Assembly (NCBI GenBank): GCA_949358305.1
Contig: OX442314.1
Location: forward strand, 11,346,001-11,410,000
Length of the DNA stretch: 64,000 nucleotides
Direction of reading: 5' to 3'
Origin: Strigamia acuminata
Taxonomy: Eukaryota
Shown here: in pieces, positions 1 through 10,099 of the stretch
Numbering within the stretch: the first letter of the stretch is position 1
Layout: each line of letters opens with the position of its first letter
Notes under the pieces: model-generated
Databases searched by the model: none
Told to the model about the DNA's origin: nothing
Seen by the model: the letters and a program-made list of their open reading frames with translations, nothing else
Translations under genes and position numbers: made by a program

Positions 1-25
1 TTTGTTTGTAGTTATGTAAATTAGT

Positions 26-3000
26 TCACCTCGCAGTCTGTTGTAAAGGTGGTGGTTTACTGTTGATATTGGAGGTTTGGACCGGTTTGAGCAGAGGTGG
101 CGGCGGAGCGGATGCACTCGATGATACCAGCACGGGTGGAGTTGGTGTGGTGCTGTTGGATTTACTCGAATTGCTGTCCACTTCCATCTGCGATTAAAAA
201 TTCGGTCAGTAAGAGTAGAAAATGGCCGTTTTTACCACTAATGTGGAGATTTTATTGAGTAACTAAATTTCTGAAAACAATTCATTTGTAAGTCGAAAGT
301 TTTCATGAAATAAATGTGAAATTTCATGAAAATGTTTGGAATGTCTTGAAAAAATGTGAAATTTCAAGAAAATTCGTGAAATTTCTTGAAAAAATTAGAA
401 AATTCATTAAAATTTCGTGAAAAAATATGAAATTTCAAGAAAATTTTATGAAAAAATATGAAATTTTAAAAAAATTTTATGAAAAAATATGAAATTTCAA
501 AAGAATTTTATGAAAAAATATGAAATTTCAGGAAAATTTCATGAAAAAAATGAAATTTCAGGAAAATTTCATGAAAAAAATGAAATTTTAAGAAAATTTC
601 ATGAAAAAATAGAAAAATTTATAAAAGTTTCATGAAAAAATTTGAAACTTCATTGAAATTTCAAGAAAAAAATTGAAACTTCATTGCAATCTCAAGAAAA
701 AAATTGAAACTTCACTGAAATCTCAAGAAAAAAAATGAAATTTCACTAAAAAATTTCAAATTTTTGCATAAAAATTCATTATAATCTAGTTTAAAACGAA
801 ATTTTCCAAATACTTTTTCCTCTTTATCTTCTTCTGGAATCGGTCCATTTTCCGCTTCATACTCTTCCAAAACAGCATCCAAATTGTAACGTCGACGATA
901 ATTGACGAAAAAACTTCGGATATGTCCCTCCGTTTTATTCCCAATCACTTCAGCAATCGCCTTAAAATCCTTTCCATACTTCCTCACCCCTTGAACACCC
1001 AAAAGCAGTTCTTCATTCGTCCATCGCGCAACTATACGCGTATTACCCTAAAACAAAAACAAAAAAAATTAAAACTCAAACAAAAACCCAACTTCCGACC
1101 TAATCCTCTCACTTCCGGTGGTCGAAAATCCTCAATTCCACCCGACGTTTTATGTTTCAATGCACTTATTATTTGTTTGCTGTTTTGAACCTAATTAAAC
1201 AAAAATGTCAACATTTCTTGCTACTTTTTAATCAATTCATCGCATTACTTGACGTTTTAATGAGACAATTTCAGAATCCATGGCCTTTAAGATTGCATCC
1301 CCTTGTCCAGGAGGCCCCGTGGCAACCGTCAGTAAATCGTCATAACTTAGATACATGCCACGAGGGGGTTTGCGTTTGCTTTTTATTGGGTTATATCGAT
1401 GGTCGTGTTTCGATTCGATGTTTTTTGTCTGCCCTGATGCCGGCCTCGCCATCCCGGTGCGCCTGTACAAAAATGAAGTAAAAGATCAAAATAATGAAAC
1501 GAGCATTCTTGTAATACGAAGAAACCAAATCCCAATTAAATTTACCCTAACCTCCAATACTGATAGCAAATATTACATAGATTTCCTTTGGGAGTTGAAT
1601 GAGTGTGTGAAACACTCAAGTTGCAATTGGAGCAGTTTGATTTAGTTCCTCCACTATTGTTTTCACTTTTCTGGAATTTAAATTTGTTATCAAAAAATTT
1701 AATATTATTTTTGTAAAATATTTTTTTTTTTTTTACATTTTCTCCTTTGCTGTCCTCGAAATCACTTTCACTATTCGAACCAACTTCAGATCCAACTTCA
1801 CTAAAATTTCAATTTTTTTTAAAAAATATTTAATTTAATTTTGATTTTATTTACTTACCTCCCTTCCTCTCTTTGAGTGGCCAGTTTTCTCGCTTGACGG
1901 TCCATTAGACTTGTTCGTGAGCGAGTTTTTTTCCATGAGTAGTAATATTTAACTAAGCTAGCGATTGTTTTATCAGGTAACTGGAAATAAATAAATTTTA
2001 AAAATTTTAAATTTGGTTTTTTTTATTTTTATTTTATTGAGTTTTTACCATTTGTCGTATACGATGAAAACTTTTCCCATGGAACTGAAAAGCTTGCTCA
2101 AATAGAACTTTGTCTTCAACTGACCAATCATCAGGAAAGGGGGTGAAGTTAGGCAAGTCAGCAATAGCTTTTTCTAAATCATGTTTGTGCCAAAATAGCA
2201 TTCCAAGTGCCTGCAATAGGATTCAAATCAAAATTTTATAAATCTCAGCAATTAACAATCCCGAAATCCAATTTAAAAAATAAAACATTAAATTTTTTTA
2301 AAAAATATATAAAAATCCAAATAATTACTTGTTCCGCATTATATCCAAACTTTTCCTTCGCAATAGTAACGAATTCATCCACTAAAAGAAAACAATTGAA
2401 ATCCTAAATGTAAAGAAATGAAAATCAAAAATTCTCTTACACTTTGTTTCGGGTATCTCTCCACTTGGTAACCAAACCAACAACGCTCTTTCCGGACTAT
2501 AATCGGCGTAATTCTCTGAAATCAAAACTAAAATAAATCAAAAAAATGAAAAAAATCCCCAAAACCAAAAGAAGTAATAATAATAATAATAATAAAAATA
2601 ATAATTAAATCATTTTAAAAAATAAAAATATTAGTTGCCGCAAAGGGATCCCCGCGACCTCCGTACTTATTAGAATGTCTTCAAAAACCAAACGGATTTT
2701 GCCAAATTCCAATGGAAAACAACGAAAAAAACGCAAGTAAAAGCCAAGTTTAATCGAGAAATCAACCCAAAACACCCAAACCGACTTAAAACGAAAATAA
2801 AAAAGATTTTGGACGAAAAGATTGCAACATAAAAGATCCCAGCGAACACCATACAAAGCACGGAACGGAACTTACCAGAATTAACCACTAACTCCGGAAT
2901 CGCAGCTTGAAAATCCGCTCCAACTCGCATTCCGTTATCTGAAACGGACAATAATGTCTTTTCTTCCATTTTTTCACTTGCAAATGCTTGACTTTTTGTT

Positions 3001-3163
3001 ATTTGCCAAAATTTAAATAAGAAAAAAGAACAGTGCATAATATACCATCTCGCTCGGAGTCGTCTGTGGCGCTTCCGTCGTCAGACAAATGGCCATTCGG
3101 ACTGGTTACTCGAGATCGGCGCCCGTTTCGCGTCTCTTCGTGATTTTTCTCCGCTAAAACCAT
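26..3163 (-). CDS. CoRest: REST corepressor (CoREST/RCOR family), 12 coding exons, ~487 aa
   Basis: Hand-spliced with GT-AG introns and consistent phase: 3163-3046, 2938-2876, 2515-2441, 2381-2329, 2210-2049, 1980-1859, 1800-1737, 1670-1552, 1462-1249, 1190-1113, 1047-814, 187-26. Motifs: ELM2 ([12 protein letters not shown]...ERALLVW...[29 protein letters not shown]), SANT1 ([44 protein letters not shown]), linker ([10 protein letters not shown]) and SANT2 ([32 protein letters not shown]...[12 protein letters not shown]). The 3' end is ambiguous: AGG-TGA stop at 28-26, or an AG|GTGAAC donor continuing beyond the window. Confidence 0.95.
301..770. repeat. Degenerate ~30-31 bp A/T-tract minisatellite (GAAATTTCARGAAAATTTYATGAAAAAAT) in the last CoREST intron
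   Basis: Tandem reiteration visible directly; boundaries approximate. Confidence 0.85.
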
Positions 3164-5100
3164 TCTTCTCCTGCCTATCCGAACTTTTCTCCAATCTATA
3201 AACAATGTTACCAACTTTTTTTTTCACCAATTTTTTTTTAAATTAAAAAAAATCTTATTACGGCGTGCCCGACTCTGTAGGTGCGTCTCCAGTTTGATTA
3301 TGTCGATTCTACTGTGTATCAATCCGCGGTGAGAAAGTAGTTTTCTATATTTTGATTTTTAAATTTAAATTTTAGACTGTTTAAAGTTGTAAATATTGCA
3401 CCATTTTAAAGTTTATAGTTTATTAAGAAATTAAAAATTTGTTTGGGTGATTTTTACTGAGTATTTAGAAGGCGATTTTTTACATTCGGTGCTAAAATTC
3501 GCAAGCCAATTTGTGAAGTAATTTTATGGTTGTGGTATTCCGTAGTTAGGAAACTTTTTACGTAATTCTGTGATGGTAATTAATGTAAAAATAAGATTAA
3601 TCTTGCAGTCATAAATCATATTTAGACTGTTGGTGGTCTGTGTAAGCAATGATTTGTTGATGAGTCGAGTTATTGATTAAAAACTACGTGTGATATGTGT
3701 ACATTTCGAAGCTTCCGTAGAATAATGGTTACATTTTCTTTGTGTTTCGTAACTATGAGGTATTTTAGTGGTATGTTTCATTTTGTGATTTTGGTTGTCA
3801 GTAGATTGGCTGTTTGTGAGATAATATGCAGAAATTAAATGTATTAAAGATAAATTCTAAATCACATATTTTGAACTTGGGACTGCAAGAATTATTCCTA
3901 AGTAGGTTAAACGAAGCCTTTCAAATTTAACCCTTGAAATTGACTAAAAATATGGTTAATCGTGGTAAAAAACAAAAGACAAAAACATATTAGGATTTAG
4001 GAATCCCTGTTGGGGAATACATACCGTAGGCATACCGTATATAGCTATGTGGGCTTGAGACTTCCGTAGATATTTTTACTTTAAAACTTGTGTGCTTAAT
4101 TCGACTAATTTACAATATATTTTAGTAAGATTTTATTATTGGGATTATAGTTTTGCATAACCGACGAAATTTGGACGTAGATTTTATGTCATTCTGTTAT
4201 TTTTTTATGTTGGATCACAACTTTGATGCACAATAACGATCTGGAGAACGTTAAGACTACCGTAGACTTTTTTGGAACTGCGGGAACTTTGAGATTACCG
4301 TAGGTTTTTGAACTTTAAGATTACCGTAGCGTGATTAAAGAAGTGATAGAGATGCGGATAGAACGAGATAGAACGTGATATAGAAGCAACGATGACAAGA
4401 AAAAGGAATTTGGATAAATAAATAAAGTAAATTAGCAAACACACTATAAATAATCATTTTTGTGACAATAAATAATTTTTTGTCGTCTGACTCAAACAAA
4501 AATTCCATTCTTGATCATCTGCAATCTTGAGAAAAAAATCAAAAAATGCTTCGTATCCATAAAAGACATCGTAATCGTAAGAATAAAATTGATACAGCTA
4601 CGGTAGTCTGTGGGAATTCCCAACATCCGGGTCTTTTCAGTTTCAGCACGTGGCTAAAACATTTTACGATTGAAAACATTTATTTAATTACTTATTGAAA
4701 AGTAAAGGTTTTCAGAATGGTTTTATGTTGTAAATTACCCTCCACATTACACCACAACGATAAAAAACAACAGTCGACTTTAATCATTTAGAAATCCAGA
4801 TAAATAACAAAATTAGCAAATGTTGTGACGGTTTGGCAACAGTGAAAGTTGCCGAGATTGCCACCAGATCGCGCCGCGATGCCGTAAAGCGCCAAATTCA
4901 AATTTGAATAATTGTCCTTGAACCGCCTAAAATAATAAAAAATAATTGTCTCTCTTCTGTTTGTTCATTTAAATCATGAAAAACACCTATTTAAAAAAAA
5001 TTATATATTTTTTAAAAATTTGACATACGACGATGATCATAATAACAAACCTCACCTGTCAACACGACCCGAAGTGTTCGCACACATAGCGACTGCAACG
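3164..5100. promoter_or_regulatory. Divergent (head-to-head) intergenic/promoter region of CoREST and CLASRP
   Basis: Start codons at 3163 (-) and 5472 (+) point away from each other. CpG-richer patches lie near 3260-3330 and 4840-5160. TSS positions cannot be determined from sequence. Confidence 0.7.
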
Positions 5101-5160
5101 CCACGTGCAGCCGGATGCGGTACTACGGACTCCATCTTGCCAAATCTTGCCTGTGGTTCG
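5040..5160 (+). other. Probable non-coding first exon (5'UTR) of CLASRP
   Basis: GC-rich block ending at a consensus donor CG|GTGAGT (5161). A matching acceptor CTAG| at 5431-5434 lies just upstream of the ATG at 5472. The 5' boundary is a guess. Confidence 0.6.
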
Positions 5161-5471
5161 GTGAGTTGTTAAATGCCGCATTTCACCCCCTGTAGACCGA
5201 ATCATTTAGTTTAAAAACTTAGAACACGCGATATAACGATCGATAGCCGCAAAGCCATTAAAGTATACGAAATTTAAAACAAAATTGTGTTAATTCTCAT
5301 TTAATCGTTCATTGACTTTTTGTGCGCGCTGTATACAAATGGCGGCCAAGTCGCAACAAAAAGAAAACGCAGCTTTAAAACTACGCCGAAATCGTTCTTT
5401 TTCTCACTTGTAAATATCATTTATCGACACCTAGGTTCAATACCGACGTCGCCTTTTTGAATTTGCTCATT

Positions 5472-8400
5472 ATGTGGCACGAAGCGAGGAAACAGGAAAG
5501 AAAAATCAGAGGAATGATGGTCGATTACAAAAAGAGAGCGGAGAGAAGACGCGAATATTACGAAAAAATTGTAATAAATATCGTGCAAAATTTTGCGATC
5601 CGTGAATTAAAATTGTTTTGTTTTTAGAAAGCTGATCCAACGCAGTTTATACAAATCCACGGCCGTCCGACGAAAGTACATTTAGATCCATTGATTGCTC
5701 AACAAGCCGAAACACCAGCTACAATGTGATTTATTAATTTATTGTGTGTGGTTTATCGAGTTGTGTTAATTTGTGTTTGATTTAGGATGCCTTGGCAAGG
5801 ACAACAGGATAATTTAATTGATCGTTTTGATGTGCGTGCGCATCTCGATTATATTCCTGAATTTAAGTCTTCCCCCGACGCGCTGTAAGGGAATTTTTAG
5901 CTTTTAATGTGAAATAAATTTATTGTTTTTTTATTTTTTATTAAGTGTTCGGGATGAAGATAATTGGGAAGAGCGGCAAGCGAATTATGAACGGTTCCGA
6001 ACATTAGTACAAAACGATTTTTTACTCGGTGATTTTATTTGAAAATATTTATTCGAGTTCTTTTTTTTTATAATAATGTTTTTATTTTTTTGTTTTGTTT
6101 AGTGTCCGAGGAGAAATTTCTGTATCAAATTTACTTGGAGGAACAATTTGGTCCGATTGGAAAATCCGCGGATGAGGAAAAGAAAAAGTAATTTAGTTTT
6201 TATATTGAGAAAAATCAAATAAAATGAAACGGTTTTATTCGTACAATTGATAGGCTTGCGGATAAGAAGGTGGCAATCGCTTATACTTATGAAGATTCTA
6301 CACCTCAAGCCAGCGTTGCCAATAACAACGAAGAAGAAGAGAAAAAAGATGAAGATAGTGACATTGACTTGGGTAAAGAGGTTTAATTAATGAATCAAAT
6401 GCATTTAAACGCTTATAAGTCTCTTATTTAACGTTTAAAATTGTTGTGTTATACGTTTATAAATGATTTAAGGTGGCTAAATTTGATTTATCTGTGTTGT
6501 AGATGTTACAATAAATGTTGAAGATTTGACTCAGGAGCAGAGCAAAGAGATGAACGAACTTGCCTTCAAATATGGGATGTTTAATGACGATTTTATTCGG
6601 TAAATTAAAAAATTGCTACGTTGAAGTCACATTTAGTTAATTATGATTTTTTTAAAAATATATTATTAGACTTTTACACAAGGATAAAGAAGAAGCAGAA
6701 GCACTTCGGTTGGCTAAAGAAGCAGAAGAAGAAAAGGCTATGTATTCGGTATGTATCTTTAAGCCAAAGTGGACTCTTTTATGTTCACAAATTGACTATC
6801 TGTGGCACAAAAATGCATTTTTCTGCTAAAATGGTATTTTTAGACTGATAAAAGCAGAAAATTACAATTATTACACAGAAAAAAGCAAATTTTTCAGAAA
6901 ATAGCAATTTCTAGGCAGAAAATAGCGATTTCTAGGCAGAAAATAGCGATTTCTAGCAGAAAATAGCGATTTCTAGGCAGAAAATAGCATTCTCACACTT
7001 TTAAATGTATTTTTCTTAGCCAGTGTATCTTTTCAGACGAAAATAAATGCATAAAAGAAATGTTTAATAAAAATTTTAATTTCTAGGGTCGAAAATCCAG
7101 ACGCGAGAGACGAGCTTTCAGAGAAAAGAAGCTTCAAGGTCGAAAAATAAGTCCTCCGAGGTATAAACCATAAAAAAAAATCGTTTTCACCAGAAATATG
7201 TTAAAAATACACGTTAAAATTAAATCAACAGCTACGCAGCTCGGGAAAGTCCAACATACGATCCATACAAGAGGTAAAACCAAAAGGATAAAAAAATCTA
7301 AATGACAAATGACGAATTAAAATCCTCAAAACAGATCATTTTCTGCATCGCGATCACGTTCCCGCTCGCCAGTGAACAGCGGCCAAATCACATACATCAC
7401 GAGTTTCGGCGACGAGGACTCGGACGGGAACGAGAACGAGAAAAGCGGCAAAGCAAAAGGCGCGTCGAGCGCACCGGTTGCCTCGAACAACAACAGTAGT
7501 GCCGCAATAGTTGGTCCCGTGATGCCAGCGCACATGTTGCCAGCAGAGCCCGGCACTTCGTCGTCGCACAGTTGCCATTCACTTAGTGTGACTAACAGGC
7601 GGTCGGTATTTGTTCAATGATTTGTTAACTCTGTTTGGGGCTTTGAAGCCTTAGTGGAGAAAAAAACTATAAAAATGAGGGAATTTTTATGGTGCCATGA
7701 CTTTAGAGATGGTTAGCTTGGTGAGTAACGAATTGAAGGATATTTCGCATCTCATTCATTTTGTGCTCTGATTGTGCTGAGTTGTTGAACGACTGAAGTT
7801 TGCTTAGATTTGTGTGCAATTTCATGGAAAATTATCTCCAAACGATTGAAAGCCAATGATTTATTTGTATTTCGGTGTGATTTCTAGGCTTAATTGGTTG
7901 GTTTTTGTGATTTTTGGCGAGTAATTTTACGAAATTTTGCATTTTGCAGACGGTATTCGAGATCCAGCCGCTCGAGGTCGGTCTCGCCGCATTCGCGCTC
8001 GCGGTATAGAAATAGTCGAATTAAGCGCCGCTCACGGTCAAGGTCGCGCTCGCGGTCCAGAAGTCGAAGCAGGAAGAAAAATTACAGGTGGAAATGTCGG
8101 ACAATTGTGTTAAATGTGAAAATTTATTTTTATTTTTATTTTGTTTTGTAGTTCTCGTTCTCGTTCCACTTCGACGTCGCGTAGATCTGCGTCCAGTTCA
8201 CCGGCATCTTCCGTCGTGAGACGAAAATCCTACTCGCGGTCGTCGTCTCGGTCGCGTTCACGCTCGTATTCGTCGAGTCCGCGACGATCCAGGCGCACGA
8301 AATCACGCTCAAAGTCTTCTTCGAGGAGTTCTAGGTTTGAAATGGTTAAGAAAAATTTAAATATTATAAATTAATTTTTTTTTTATATATTTAGATCGCA

Positions 8401-10063
8401 CTCGCGATCGAGTTCGCGATCGGTCAGAAAGACGCCGAGACGATCGCGGTCACCGAGCGTGCCACGTTCGTCCGTTAGTTCGACCATTCCGCTCCCTCCA
8501 GCTCATTCGTATTACCGTCGGAATGCACGGAGCAGTAGTTCGAGCAGTGTTTCAACTGATGAAACTGAAAAGCCACGAGGCAGACAGCAAAATGAACGAC
8601 AATCCACCACAGTCAAGTAGAGAAAATCGCATTTTTGGTTAATTTTTTCAAGTTTTTTACGGTTTTTTGTTGTTTTGTAGGAGACAAACTAGCTTGGGTA
8701 AACCAGGTTACGGATCCAAAGTCAGTAAGAATGTTCTTCTGATATACAATAAGAAAATAGTGTATTTTATTTTTATTTTTTTATTTAACAAGAAAGAAAT
8801 TTATTTTTTTTATGGAATTTGGAGTTTTTTATTTGTCTTTTTTTTTAAATTTATTTATTTAAAAAAATGCATATAATTGAAATATGTATTTTTTTGATGT
8901 TTTTTATGCTAAATTTTAATATTATTTTTTAAATTTGCAAAAAAAAAATTATTATTAAGAAATGAAATAATTGTGTTCATCTTTTTACCTCCAGTTTTTA
9001 TACAAATGTAAATAATTTTTATATATATATATTTTTTTTTTAAAAACGAAAAAGAAATTGTAAATTCGCAAATGTTTACCTCCGTTTTTCTCGATTGTTT
9101 TTAGCTGCTGACACCTCAAGAGAAACTCAAGCGGAAAATGCAGGCGGCGCTTAACAGACAATGTAAAATAATTAAATTAATAAATTAATAAGTTTGTACT
9201 AATTTCTAATTTTTTTAAACCAGACAAGGCCGATAAAAAAGCCGAGCAGAAGAAAATCGAGAAACTGGAACAGGAACGCCAGGTATGCAGAATTAAAAAT
9301 TAAAATTAAAATTTTGATTGAATTTAATAATAATAATAAATAAAAATAAATCTTTTTGAAGGACCGCGAAGAAGAACTTCGAGAAATGGCGATTAAATTG
9401 AGACGACGGTAATAAAAGTGGTTAAACGGCGTTTGATTGACAGCAACGATCGAATCGATCAATTTAATAGTTATTACGAGTAATAAAAAGGTCGGAACGC
9501 GGGGTTTGGTTAGCAGCAACATGTGCCAAGTTGATATTTCATTTGGAAAAGTGTAATAAGAGCTGCCGCCGCCCGCCGCCCGTCGCCCACCCGCTCGCCA
9601 CGCGTAGAAGTAGAGAGTAAAAGTGAACGTTGAGGGGAACGAAATTGCAGCCATTCATTATCCCAGCTGTCCGAGAGACTTCTATCTGCTAGTAAATAGT
9701 TGGCAGGGCTGGAGGAAGGACGTGTGTAAATCACGAGTTATTGTGCGAGGGAAAAGGGCGCCAGTTGCTGCTGTTGCTACCGACTCGCGAGTGATGGATG
9801 GGTTGAACCGTCGGGGAAGTATAGTATAGGCATGGCTGCACGTGGGAGCCAATGTTTTGCGCATGAGTAATTGTGGGTGAAGATGGGGGTTGGGAGGTGA
9901 TGAACAACCTGATTCTTTTTTTTTCTTTTTCTTTTTTTTTTTTTTTCTTTTTTTTTTGGTGGGTTTTTTTTGTTTGGGGTTGTGAAAGTGTTTGAGAAAG
10001 TTCTTGTCGAAGACTGGTTGGTTTGGTTTGTACTTGTGGCTTTTCATATTAAAATGGGGTTTT

Positions 10064-10099
<36 letters not shown>

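Noticed and set aside
5186..5207. CCCTGTAGACCGAATCATTT resembles miR-10/miR-100
   Set aside because: It has an indel and 3' mismatches versus the mature miRNA, lacks a proper precursor with this sequence on the 5' arm, and is not in a Hox context.
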